DNA from: Kiritimatiellia bacterium
GTDB lineage: Bacteria > Verrucomicrobiota > Kiritimatiellia > JAAZAB01
NCBI GenBank assembly: GCA_040767085.1
Contig: JAXGPF010000008.1
Span: 44,590 to 108,589 of the forward strand
Length of the DNA: 64,000 bases
Reading direction: 5' to 3'
This document shows, one piece after another, positions 19,107-28,485 of this stretch. Each line of letters begins with the position of its first letter. Within the stretch, counting starts at the first letter, position 1. The notes below the pieces were generated by a model. It saw nothing but the letters and a program-made list of their open reading frames with translations, had not been told where the DNA came from and made no database searches. The position numbers and the translations under genes were made by a program.

Positions 19107-20205
19107 TGCGCTCGTAGAGCGACTGCAGCCGTTCGATCGTGCGGCGGCCGTCGAAATCGGCGGCGCGGCGGCGGGCCTGCTCCCGCAGGCGGCCGCGCAA
19201 GTCCCCGTCATCCAGCAGGCGCGCCAGTTGCGCGGACATGCGCGGGATGTCGCCCGGCGGAAACAGGAGCGCCGTCTCGCCGTCGGCGAGAATCTCGCCC
19301 TGGCCGTCGGCGGTGGAGGCGGCGATGGCCTGGCCGGCCGCCAGCGCTTCATAAAGGGTGTTGGGTGTGCCTTCCATCCGGCTGGGAAAGAGCTGGATGT
19401 CGAACGCCCGCATGACCCGGCGGGCGTCCGGACGGAATCCCAAGAAGACCGCCTGCCCGGCGATGCCCAGCGCCGCGGCCTGCTGTTTTAACGGTTCCAG
19501 GTGGCTGCCGTCGCCGACAATCCACAATTGCCAGTCGCGGCGTTGCCGGCGCGCGAGGGCCTGCATGGCGTCGGCATGGCCCTTGTGCGGCTCCAGGCGG
19601 CCGACGATGCCGATGATCCTGGTTTCCGGGCCGGCATGGTGTTCGGCGCGCAGGGCGGCCAGCCACGCCGGGTCAGCCGGCGGCATATCGTCCAGCATGA
19701 TGCCGTGGTAAAGCACCTGGATCGCGTCGGCGGGGATATGCCGCTGGCGGATACAGAATTGCCGGGTGGATTCGGAAACCGCGAGCGCGTAACGGGTGCG
19801 CGGCCCCAGGAGGCGCTCCACCGGCCGCTGGTACCAGGGCACGCGCCCGTAATTGCAGCGTTCGTGCACGATCGCCGGCAGGCGCAGCCAGTGTCCGGCC
19901 AGCCGGCCCCAGGTGCAGGCGCCGTAACCGTGGGCGTGAATGATGTCCACGCGTTCGCGGCGCAGCAGCCGGAGCAGGGCCGTCAGGTTGCGCGGATCCA
20001 TCTTGCCGTATCCCAGAAAGAGCGGCTCGATGCCCGCGGTCCGCATTTGTTCCGCGGCCTTGTCCGGCCCCTTGCGGCTGCATAAAAGCACGCGGAACCG
20101 TGTTTGATCGAAGGCCGGCAGCCACCATTGAAAGGCGCGCGCCACGCCGTGCAGCGAAGCTTCCTTGCCGCCGAAATGCTCGCAGAGTTGGAGGACGGTG
20201 ATCAC
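19081..20205 (-). CDS. Glycosyltransferase family 4
   Basis: DIIHAH, IVGRLEPHKGH, IVGDG, PSRMEGTPNTLYEALAAG. Confidence 0.92.
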   Translation of the reverse strand: MITVLQLCEHFGGKEASLHGVARAFQWWLPAFDQTRFRVLLCSRKGPDKAAEQMRTAGIEPLFLGYGKMDPRNLTALLRLLRRERVDIIHAHGYGACTWGRLAGHWLRLPAIVHERCNYGRVPWYQRPVERLLGPRTRYALAVSESTRQFCIRQRHIPADAIQVLYHGIMLDDMPPADPAWLAALRAEHHAGPETRIIGIVGRLEPHKGHADAMQALARRQRRDWQLWIVGDGSHLEPLKQQAAALGIAGQAVFLGFRPDARRVMRAFDIQLFPSRMEGTPNTLYEALAAGQAIAASTADGQGEILADGETALLFPPGDIPRMSAQLARLLDDGDLRGRLREQARRRAADFDGRRTIERLQSLYERIMDARAST

Positions 20206-20591
20206 AAGAGGATGTCTTTGGTCAAGGCGCGCGCGCGTTCGATATCCTCGCAGGAAATGGCGACGATCCCCGTCGCGCCTTCGCGGCGGATCAGGCGGGC
20301 GGAACGCATATTAATGCCGGCTTCGCTAAAGCGTCGGGCGATTTGCGCCAGCGCGCCCGGCCGATCCGCCACTTTCACGAGGATGGTCTCCTCTGTGACG
20401 GCGTGAAACCCGGCATTGGCCAGGGCGCGCAGGGCGGCGTCGCATTGATCCACGGCCATGGTGATGACCGCGGTCTCGCCGATGCATTCGGAATCAATGG
20501 ATTCGATGTTAACATTGGCCGCCGCCATTTTTTCGGCGACGTCGGCCAGCAGGCCGGCGTGGTCCTTGGCGATGATGGTGATTTGTTTCAT
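20202..20591 (-). CDS. Tandem ACT-domain protein
   Basis: Two ACT repeats, KDHAGLLADVAEKMAAANVNIESI and ADRPGALAQIARRFSEAGINM; ATGA overlaps on both sides. Confidence 0.85.
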   Translation of the reverse strand: MKQITIIAKDHAGLLADVAEKMAAANVNIESIDSECIGETAVITMAVDQCDAALRALANAGFHAVTEETILVKVADRPGALAQIARRFSEAGINMRSARLIRREGATGIVAISCEDIERARALTKDILL

Positions 20592-21715
20592 GACATTGTG
20601 CTCTGTAAATCCCCGCAAATGCGGTCCACCATGGCCGGGGTTACATGCGGCATGGTGATGATGTGCGCGCTCTCATGCTGCACGGCCAATTGCCAGCGTT
20701 GGATGAAATCCATGGGCGGGCGTGGAAAGACCACGGTGATGGAATGGGGGTGCCGCCAGGCCGGCACGCCCATGGCCTGGAATTGTTCCACGGCATAAGC
20801 GGCGACGCGCAGGCAGGCGTCAATGCGCGCCCGGAAACCCGCCCGGCCTAAGGCGCGGAACTGACACCAGAGAAACAGCGGCGTGATGCCGTTGCGCGAG
20901 CCGCTGACAGTGGTGTCCATGGTACCGATGTATTCAATGTTCCGGGAAATCCGGTCCACCAACTCCTTGCGGGCCATGACAATGCCGCAGGGAATTGGCG
21001 AACCGATCATCTTGTGGCCGCTGACGGAGAGACTGTTGATGCCGGCGCGGAAATCGAAGGGCGGGGGATCGTCCACGAACGGCAGGATCATGCCGCTCAA
21101 AGCCGCGTCGGCGTGGATGTAATATTCCTTGATGGCCAGGTTGCGCAGGATGTCGTTGATGCCCGCCAGGTCGTCCACCGCGCCCTTCATGGTGGTGCCG
21201 ATATTGGCGAAAATGATCGGGGGCACGTCCCGGTGAATTTTAAGCGACTCCCGCAAATCCTCCAGGTCCATGCGCCCGTCCGGCTGGCTGCGGATCATGA
21301 CATTGCGCACGTGCAACATGCGCAAAACCTTACTGACGGAGTAATGCGTGTCTTCCGAGTAATAGACAATGCCTTCGGGATAAACCTCGCGCGCCAGGTA
21401 AATGCCGTATAAATTGCCTTCCGTGCCGCCATTGGTGACATAGCCCCAGATTTTACCTGGCGGCGCATGCACCATCTGCCCGTAGATTTCCAGCACTTCC
21501 CGTTCGAACCGTTGCGTGTTGAGATGATAATTGCTCGCCATGAACGGATCGCCGACATTGTTGATCGGGAAGGCGAGAAACCGGAAGAGCGGGGTGTAAT
21601 CGAAGTCGGCATTGCAAGGGTAGCCGGCAAAACACTGCCGGGCGGTTTGCAAGTCCGCGAACAGGCGGTCCAATTCAACGTGGTCCGCGGCGGATATATT
21701 GGGCTGATGCTGCAT
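20588..21715 (-). CDS. hdc: PLP-dependent histidine decarboxylase (group II; serine-decarboxylase-like)
   Basis: GYPCNADFDY, INNVGDP, WGYVTNGGTEGNLYG, HYSV, GTTMKGAVD, HADAALSG, SVSGHK (PLP Lys), GSRNG. Substrate is not proven. Confidence 0.85.
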   Translation of the reverse strand: MQHQPNISAADHVELDRLFADLQTARQCFAGYPCNADFDYTPLFRFLAFPINNVGDPFMASNYHLNTQRFEREVLEIYGQMVHAPPGKIWGYVTNGGTEGNLYGIYLAREVYPEGIVYYSEDTHYSVSKVLRMLHVRNVMIRSQPDGRMDLEDLRESLKIHRDVPPIIFANIGTTMKGAVDDLAGINDILRNLAIKEYYIHADAALSGMILPFVDDPPPFDFRAGINSLSVSGHKMIGSPIPCGIVMARKELVDRISRNIEYIGTMDTTVSGSRNGITPLFLWCQFRALGRAGFRARIDACLRVAAYAVEQFQAMGVPAWRHPHSITVVFPRPPMDFIQRWQLAVQHESAHIITMPHVTPAMVDRICGDLQSTMS

Positions 21716-21794
21716 GTTTGCGCCTTGGGGTGAAAATTGTCAAAGTATGCCGGAAAGCCGCCGATGGTTCAAGGCAAAAACTGCGGTTTTCTGC

Positions 21795-21823
21795 TTGACG
21801 TCCCTGATAAATGGGCGGATACT
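21795..21823 (+). promoter_or_regulatory. Putative sigma70 promoter of flp
   Basis: TTGACG-N17-GATACT. Confidence 0.6.
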
Positions 21824-21920
21824 TTACCCAAAAAGTTGAAATGACGTTTTTTGGTTTATGCGGGTGTTTGATATTGGACAATTAAATTTGCCGGAAGACG
21901 GCACTGGCAGGGAGGCGTAA

Positions 21921-22145
21921 ATGAAAGCTGGACGTTATCGGCGGTCCGGTCAGTCCATGACGGAGTACATCATCATTGTGGCCGTGATTGCGTTGGCGGC
22001 GCTGGCCGTGTTCGGTCTGTTCGGCGACCGGATTCGCGCCATGGTCGGCGGCGCGGTGGTGGATCTGGGCGGCGATGAAGGCGAAGTCGAAGAGGCTACC
22101 GAGGTTGAATCCACCGAGTACTTGAAGACCCTGGGTACAGACTAA
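21921..22145 (+). CDS. flp: Flp family type IVb pilin
   Basis: RRSG|QSMTEYIIIVAVIALAAL: prepilin cleavage site with the EY Flp motif, followed by a hydrophobic helix. Confidence 0.9.
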   Translation: MKAGRYRRSGQSMTEYIIIVAVIALAALAVFGLFGDRIRAMVGGAVVDLGGDEGEVEEATEVESTEYLKTLGTD

Positions 22146-22485
22146 TGCTGAATTGTGAATAATCAGACAAGGCGGCCTGCGGCCACAATCTGCCGTCGCA
22201 AAAGCTATGGCAGACGCAGTCCGGCAGTGGCCGGGCCGCGTCGAAAGTTTGCCGCCCTCCGGTGTGGCGGTGCAAGCCACAAGTGAAAGTGTAGTTTGAT
22301 CCGGAACCAATCCGAAATCATCCGCCCGTCTCTGCCGGACTGGCTGCATCCGGTTGCTGCTGGACAAGCTTTCACATGTCGCCTGCACCTGCACCGTGCC
22401 TAAGGTTTATCATTCAACCTTCATAATTCATAATTAATTTGAAATGGCACGCCATGGGCGGTAACGCCCCGGCGTGCCATTGCCT

Positions 22486-23046
22486 ATGGACATGACGCCC
22501 AATGTGCTCAAGCGGGCCGGATGCAGCGGCCAATCGCTGGTGGAATCCTGCGTGGTGATCGGGATCATCTGCCTTTTTCTCATGGGCTTGTTTCAGTTGT
22601 CCCAGCTTTACATGGCGCGCGAGAGCCTGATGTATGCCGCCGGCCGCGGCGCGCGCGCCCGCACGGTGGGATTCAACGATTTCATGGTGCATAAAACCGT
22701 GCGCGTGGCCGCCATTCCCGCTGCCGGCCGCATGCTGGACCGGCCGGACACCGTCAACAGCCCGTCCGCGCAGCGCAATTTCGAGCGCGCCCGTATTCCG
22801 CTCTATCTTGCCGAGGGACATTATGGGCGTTTGTCCGCCATCCTGGATTATACCAACTGGACGGAACTCGGCCACAGTGTGATTGACCTGGGCGGGCCGC
22901 AGTTGGATTGCCGCGTGCGGCTGGATTTCCCGGTCCAAACCCCGGTCTTCCGGGCCTTTTACCGCGGTGAGACCGTGCCGTTATCCGGCAGCGCGACGCT
23001 GGAAAATCATTACCCGCTGTATTTGCGGGATATGGATGCGCCGTGA
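22486..23046 (+). CDS. TadE-like pseudopilin
   Basis: SGQSLVESCVVIGII...LFQL...YAAGRGARA. Confidence 0.75.
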   Translation: MDMTPNVLKRAGCSGQSLVESCVVIGIICLFLMGLFQLSQLYMARESLMYAAGRGARARTVGFNDFMVHKTVRVAAIPAAGRMLDRPDTVNSPSAQRNFERARIPLYLAEGHYGRLSAILDYTNWTELGHSVIDLGGPQLDCRVRLDFPVQTPVFRAFYRGETVPLSGSATLENHYPLYLRDMDAP

Positions 23047-23191
23047 GATGCGCCTCCCCGCCGGCGCCGGCGCGCAAGGCGCGGCTCGCGCTGGCGGCGC
23101 AGCGCGCCCTGCCGTAGGGTTGTGAGTGCAAGCTCGTGTTAGAGTTTGAAGGTTTTAAGGTTTTACGCAAGAATACCGAACGCTGAACACC

Positions 23192-24640
23192 ATGTCGGAC
23201 CGTCATTCCAGTCAAATCCCGCCGCCTGCCGCCGCGCATGCGCCGGCCAAAAGCGGGCAGGTGCTGGTGTTCCTGCTGATGGCGCTGGTGATCATCACCA
23301 TGGTCATCCTCTGGCATGTGGATTTGAATGCCATCCTGCATTTGAAATCCCGGACGCAGAATGCCGGCGATGCCGCGGCCCTGGCCGCCGCGCGCTGGCA
23401 AGGCCTCACGCTGAACCTGGTCGGCGACTTGAACATCATGCAGGCCCTGGCCTTGTCGGGCGGCGACACGAATGCCGCCGGGCAGATCGCGGAAATGCAG
23501 GCGCGGTTGCGTTACATGGGGCCGCTGGTGGGGCTGGCGGCGGCGCAGCAGGCCGCCAAGCATAACGGCATTTTTGTCAACGCCGCGTTCAGCGCCGCCC
23601 TGCAGGAACATGCGGATGAAGTCCGCGCAGTTTACATGGATGCCGCCGGCGGTTTCGCCGAGCCCTGGCCCGGCTGCTGGGACGCCTATGCCGGCGTCCT
23701 GGAGGCGCTGGCCGGGGAAGGCCTGGCGGCGGCGCCGGACAATACCCGGCGGTACAACGACTACAATGGCGATCATGTGCTGCTGGACCCCAGTTTTTAC
23801 GACGCCATCGCGGGCCAGGATTGGTGCTGGTTCAAGTGGTATAACCTGGCTTTGCTGCGGTTTTACACGGACTACACTTATTGGCCGGCGCTGCCGCCGC
23901 GCGTCCCGCCGGAAACGCCGGCGGACAGCGAAATCTTCGGATTGGGATTGAGCGCGGTGCAGGCCGTGTTGCCCGGCGGCGCCGCCATGCTCACCAATCT
24001 GAACGAACTGGTTGACGAGCGCGATTTAAGTTCCGCGTCGGTCACTACGGCGGCGCTGGCCTTTGCCGCCACCTGGACGACCTATGATCTCGCCCGGTGG
24101 ACGGCCTGGACGGCCCTGGCGGCATCCAATAACTTTCCCATCCGTCCGCTGGCCCCCCGCCCGGAATACGATTATGCCGGCGCGGATGCCGTGGCGCGGG
24201 TGGTTGCGGAAACGGCGCGCCTCACCCCGCGCGCCGGCGCCAGCGCGGTCAATTGGACCGCCGCCGCCAAGCCGTTCGGCTACCTGGAGACGGCGGACGG
24301 GCCGGAACGGCCGGACTACGCCGGCCTGGTCCTGCCGGCTTTTCATCATGTCCGGCTGGTGCCCGCGGATGCCGCGTCCGGCCCGGCCGGCGGCGCCTAT
24401 GACATGGCCTGGCGGGAACATATTACAGTGCATCTGCCGGCTTACATCCGCGACGGGCTGCGGGGCCTGGACGCGGATTGCTGGTATTGCCGGCAATTGG
24501 AGCAGTGGGAAGACGACGACTTCCGCGAGGACGGCCTCGATTGGCTGGAAGAACGGGATGAAGACGGCGAATTGCTCCACCCCTGTTATACGGTTACCGG
24601 GCCCGGCGGGCCGGGCGGCGGCACGCGGCGGGGGCATTGA
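23192..24640 (+). CDS. TadG-like pilus assembly protein
   Basis: KSGQVLVFLLMAL...VDL...RTQNAGDAAALAAA (Tad N-terminal motif). Confidence 0.8.
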   Translation: MSDRHSSQIPPPAAAHAPAKSGQVLVFLLMALVIITMVILWHVDLNAILHLKSRTQNAGDAAALAAARWQGLTLNLVGDLNIMQALALSGGDTNAAGQIAEMQARLRYMGPLVGLAAAQQAAKHNGIFVNAAFSAALQEHADEVRAVYMDAAGGFAEPWPGCWDAYAGVLEALAGEGLAAAPDNTRRYNDYNGDHVLLDPSFYDAIAGQDWCWFKWYNLALLRFYTDYTYWPALPPRVPPETPADSEIFGLGLSAVQAVLPGGAAMLTNLNELVDERDLSSASVTTAALAFAATWTTYDLARWTAWTALAASNNFPIRPLAPRPEYDYAGADAVARVVAETARLTPRAGASAVNWTAAAKPFGYLETADGPERPDYAGLVLPAFHHVRLVPADAASGPAGGAYDMAWREHITVHLPAYIRDGLRGLDADCWYCRQLEQWEDDDFREDGLDWLEERDEDGELLHPCYTVTGPGGPGGGTRRGH

Positions 24641-24700
24641 AACACTGATGAAGTCTGCAACCCAATTGGGAGCCGGAGCGCCCACCGCCCCGGAAATCAT

Positions 24701-25222
24701 ATGATGCAAACCAGCAAAAGGCATGCCGGCCAGGCGATGGTGGAACTGGCGGTGGGGCTGGTGGCCATGATAGTGCTGCTGGGAGCGCTGATTCAGATTG
24801 GCCGGCTGGTGCAGGCGCGTTCGCGCACCATGATGGAAGCGCGGGCCGCCGCCGGCGCGCTGGGCCTGGCGGCCACCAATGTGGCGGGAGCGCTGGGCGG
24901 CGATTATATATATAACTGGCATGCCGGCCGCGACGGCCGCGCTTACACCCGGGACGATGTGCCCCTGGCCGCCACCGGCGCCGCGGCGGCCGTGCAGGCG
25001 GCAGTGGCCGCTTCGGGCATGGCGGGCGTGCCCGCGCCGCCGGCCAATCCGTTCAACGGCCTGGCGGCGGGCGTCCATCCGGCGCAGGATTTCGCCCTGG
25101 TTCACGGCGCGGAATCCGAATCCGTGGAGGTGCTGCCGGTGGTCCGCCAGCTGGTTTATAATGATGATGCTATCGCCGTTTCCAGCAGCGCCTGGCTGGT
25201 CTGGATGGAGGGGATTTATTGA
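24701..25222 (+). CDS. TadE/TadG family pseudopilin
   Basis: HAGQAMVELAVGLV...EARAAA. Confidence 0.75.
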   Translation: MMQTSKRHAGQAMVELAVGLVAMIVLLGALIQIGRLVQARSRTMMEARAAAGALGLAATNVAGALGGDYIYNWHAGRDGRAYTRDDVPLAATGAAAAVQAAVAASGMAGVPAPPANPFNGLAAGVHPAQDFALVHGAESESVEVLPVVRQLVYNDDAIAVSSSAWLVWMEGIY

Positions 25223-25456
25223 CGCGGATGATGCCCGCAATCCGGGCTAACCTCAGATTGTCGAATGATGATCTCCGAATAATGAAGGGGCGGGCATTTG
25301 TTGACTTTGATATTCTGCGGTTTATCATTTGTCAATTTGCGGTTAAACTTTGGGCATGGTTCAAAAACATGCCTTTTTGGGTAACAGAAGGCAGTATACG
25401 CCTGTCACGCATGAATGCGCAAGAATTTGATCGGACTTGGGCGGGATTATGGTCGT

Positions 25457-26950
25457 TCAAGCCGCGCGCTTGAACATTTCAAACCCCAGCAATTCCAGCC
25501 AGTGCGGATGAGTTTTGCCGGATAGTAATTCGGCGGGACTTTTATCAACGCGCTCGGGATGTTCACTGCGCAGGAATCGCCGATGGTTGAAGAAGAAACG
25601 GAGTAGGTCCAGATAGCCGTTTCCGATCTGGCGGCGCAGGAAAAAGTAGCGCCGGAGACGGCTGTTGATGTTCTCAATAATGGAGCTGGCGCGGACAACG
25701 CCGGCGATGATTTTCCGGACGCTTTGCTCCGCGGCGCCTGATTGTTCATCTGATTGTTCACACGGAATATCATCAGCAATGTGGTCCTGGTCGGACGCGC
25801 GTTCCTTGATGCGCTGATTAAAGAGCCGGCGCATATCGGATGGATCCAAGTTGAGTTCGTTGGCGGATGCAATGAGCCTATCGTCTATTTCCTGCGCAAA
25901 GGCCAGGAGCAGGTCGCGTTGGTTTTCCAACATGACACGCACCGGCTGGATTCTGTGCGGACGCAGATGTTCTCTTTGCCGCAACGATTCAATCACGAAA
26001 TCCAACAGTTGCCGGCGGGTGTCAACGTTGCCGCCCGCCAGAGAAAGAATATCGTTGCGCAGCCATCCGGCCAAGGTGCTTATATCATCGGCCAGATTGA
26101 TAGCCGCGGCTTCGGCCTGACCGGCCACGGCGAGACGTTTCGAGTATTTGTTGCCATTGCCTTTTCTTTTTGCTTTGGTCATTTTTGCCTCCGTTTTTTC
26201 GAGAGCCGACATTGCGCCGAATGCGCGATTCTCCAGATATACCGTCAGTCGCCCCATATCCAAGAGTGCGTGAAACACATCTCCCCGGCATGGAATATCC
26301 GGCCATGCCAGCGTTTGCCCGGCTCGGAGTCCCAAGCCGCCGTCGGCAACAGTGTAATCCGGCTGAAGGCCTTTGTCGCCGAGCTCCATCAGCCGCAATG
26401 CCCATGTGTCGCCATCGCGCGAGTTTTCCAGACTCAAAAGATAGCAATATGTGGAATCAGCGTCCGCGCCGACCAATACCGGCTGCCGCGCCTGGAATAT
26501 TTCATCATGGGCGCCGACTCTGACAGACTCCAAACGCTCGTTGGCGTTAACGGTTTTAGCTTTGCCAACGGCATCCATAAGCGTGTTATGCACGGAGCCA
26601 ATGGAAATATCGAAGTCCAGCAGGTCGCGCATGAACTCCACCACGCCCCGGAATGAGCTGTGACAGATTAAAACCAGACCGAGAACGGCTTTACGGAGCC
26701 ATGCCTTTGTCACCGGCAGATAAAACAAGACCTCCTCGTCGGGGAATTTGTCGTCGAACGCTTGGTCTAAAATATTGTTCGCTTTTGCCGATTGCCGATA
26801 CACAAACTTCCGGCTGACACCGCTGGCGGCGGCCAGCCGTGAGACCGGTGTTTTCCGCGACAACGCCGCGACAGCCAATGCCTGGCGCGCGCGCGGCGGC
26901 AGATTTTTTGCGGAAGACGGACAATCTCTTGACGCAGTCAACATGGGCAT
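25457..26950 (-). CDS. DDE transposase with DxxH insertion domain (IS256/IS66/ISLre2-like superfamily)
   Basis: N-terminal HTH (VSRLAAASGVSRKFVYR); putative triad D (HDEIF), D (VADGG) and E (IIENINSRLR); GDVFH motif. Confidence 0.8.
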   Translation of the reverse strand: MPMLTASRDCPSSAKNLPPRARQALAVAALSRKTPVSRLAAASGVSRKFVYRQSAKANNILDQAFDDKFPDEEVLFYLPVTKAWLRKAVLGLVLICHSSFRGVVEFMRDLLDFDISIGSVHNTLMDAVGKAKTVNANERLESVRVGAHDEIFQARQPVLVGADADSTYCYLLSLENSRDGDTWALRLMELGDKGLQPDYTVADGGLGLRAGQTLAWPDIPCRGDVFHALLDMGRLTVYLENRAFGAMSALEKTEAKMTKAKRKGNGNKYSKRLAVAGQAEAAAINLADDISTLAGWLRNDILSLAGGNVDTRRQLLDFVIESLRQREHLRPHRIQPVRVMLENQRDLLLAFAQEIDDRLIASANELNLDPSDMRRLFNQRIKERASDQDHIADDIPCEQSDEQSGAAEQSVRKIIAGVVRASSIIENINSRLRRYFFLRRQIGNGYLDLLRFFFNHRRFLRSEHPERVDKSPAELLSGKTHPHWLELLGFEMFKRAA

Positions 26951-26956
26951 GTCTCC

Positions 26957-27319
26957 TCAAGCGTGTGATTTGCGCCGTTGGCGCGATTTAGTTTTCACGG
27001 CAATTCCGCGACGGAACTTTTTCAGATTGGAATCTGAAATCCTCTGAACAAGTTTTTTCAACTTCCGATAATCCTCCGCCGCCCGGCGGGCTTCCGCTTC
27101 CATGCTTTTCGGCACGTGCAGCCCCATGCTCCGGCCTTTGTGCTTGTAGGTGAAAGTCAAAGCGGTATGGCGGAACCGAGAATTTTTAGCGCAGCGGCAT
27201 GTGGGTTTGCCGCACTGGACACGGGTTTTGCAAAGCGAGGCTTTGATAAGGCCCTGGCAGGATGCCAGCGCCATGGCGCGGGATTTTGGTTTCGATTCGG
27301 CGATGCGTGTAGCGGACAT
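26957..27319 (-). CDS. DUF6788-like small basic Cys/His protein associated with IS elements
   Basis: ASLCKTRVQCGKPTCRCAK...HTALTFTYKHKGRSMGLHVP; 7 bp from the transposase start. Family recognition is from memory. Confidence 0.7.
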   Translation of the reverse strand: MSATRIAESKPKSRAMALASCQGLIKASLCKTRVQCGKPTCRCAKNSRFRHTALTFTYKHKGRSMGLHVPKSMEAEARRAAEDYRKLKKLVQRISDSNLKKFRRGIAVKTKSRQRRKSHA

Positions 27320-27751
27320 GGGGCAACTCCTTTCTGATTAGATTATTACAACAAGACACAAGATACAAAAAAAACGCCGCGGCGTCAACATTTTTCTAAA
27401 AAAATATTAAATTTTTCTTCTTGTCGTAACCGATTGAATATCAACGAATTACCCCCCCCCGGTTTTCCGCGTTTTTTTTACTTGACAGCGGACGTCCAAT
27501 GCGGCTATTCTTACGCCAGTTTTTTGGGGGAATTGTCTTTCAAAAAAACAGGTTGGAGAAACGCGGGGGTTCGGGGGAATGGCGGCAGCGCTCCCGGCGG
27601 AGCTTGGCAGTCCACAGCCTGAACAACCCGCATAAACGAATGGTGATTTTGCGGGAAACACCGGACGATTTTACCGGAAAAGTGTTACCCGAAAATGAAC
27701 CAGGCCAAACTTTGCTTGTTTTTATGGCAGTGCTTCAGGGATAAGGCGCAA

Positions 27752-28477
27752 ATGCAACGGGGCCGGATATTTTTAATCTGCCTGCTGGGCATGGGGCTGG
27801 TTGCCGGGCCGGCGGCCAGCCGCGTGTTCTGGCGGCGCACCGCATCCGGCCCGGCGGTTTTGGATAGCCTGCCGGGCTGGCGGACGGTGTATCGGGCGGA
27901 TGTCCGCATCAACGGCCGGCCCGGCGCGCTGCATATTGCCGCCTGCGATGAGGCGGCGCCGGCGGCGGCGGAACGGTTGCGCGGCGCCTGGCGCGGCGGC
28001 GCTCCAGCGTTCCAGCAGGGCGCGGGCATCAGCACGGGAACGGCCCGCGCCGCCGGCCGGGTCAGTCGTTTTTTGTTGCTGGAAATGCCGAATACGGCTA
28101 CAACTTTGGTCTTTGTGCTGGAGCAGTCGGAGGAAGATTACCGCGCATCGCTCGCGCCGCCGGGCGCCGCCGGCCTGGCCGGCTGGCCGGTGTACCCCGG
28201 CAGCCTGCCGCGGCTGCGGGTGGAGAATGGGGCGACGGGGGCGGGTCTGGCCGTCATGACGGCGGGCGCCAGCGCGGCGGCGGCGGCGGACTTTTACCGG
28301 GAGGCGCTCGCGGCGCGCGGCTTCCAGCCGTTGTTGCCCGAGCCGTCCGGCGGGCGGGATCGAAGTTTGCTGATTTACGGCAAGGGGCGGGCGCTGTGTT
28401 GCGTGCTGGCCAGTGAAGGCGGCGGGCCGGCGCAAAGCACCATAACTTTATTGTGCAGAAACCTGGAGATGGATTGA
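27752..28477 (+). CDS. Secreted hypothetical protein, probably Tad-locus associated
   Basis: Signal peptide MQRGRIFLICLLGMGLVAGPAAS; PVYPGS and FYREALAARGF motifs. The link to the tad locus is inference. Confidence 0.6.
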   Translation: MQRGRIFLICLLGMGLVAGPAASRVFWRRTASGPAVLDSLPGWRTVYRADVRINGRPGALHIAACDEAAPAAAERLRGAWRGGAPAFQQGAGISTGTARAAGRVSRFLLLEMPNTATTLVFVLEQSEEDYRASLAPPGAAGLAGWPVYPGSLPRLRVENGATGAGLAVMTAGASAAAAADFYREALAARGFQPLLPEPSGGRDRSLLIYGKGRALCCVLASEGGGPAQSTITLLCRNLEMD

Positions 28478-28485
28478 CGCTGGCA

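Larger units (their letters stand above)
25457..27430 (-). mobile_element. Two-gene insertion sequence (DUF6788-like protein + DDE transposase); ends not resolved
   Basis: Lower-GC block inserted in the tad cluster; own promoter TTGACG-N17-TATCTT (27388-27360) and RBS GAAAGGAG. No clear TIR or TSD seen. Confidence 0.7.

Noticed and set aside
22190-22260. c-di-GMP-I riboswitch upstream of tad genes (GCAAAAGCTATGG resembles part of the consensus)
   Set aside because: The GGCAAA...GAAA P2 and tetraloop-receptor elements are missing; kept only as an unassigned structured region.
25219-25473. 84-aa plus-strand ORF after the last tadE
   Set aside because: Crosses an AT-rich palindromic spacer and the transposase end; atypical composition and no recognisable family.
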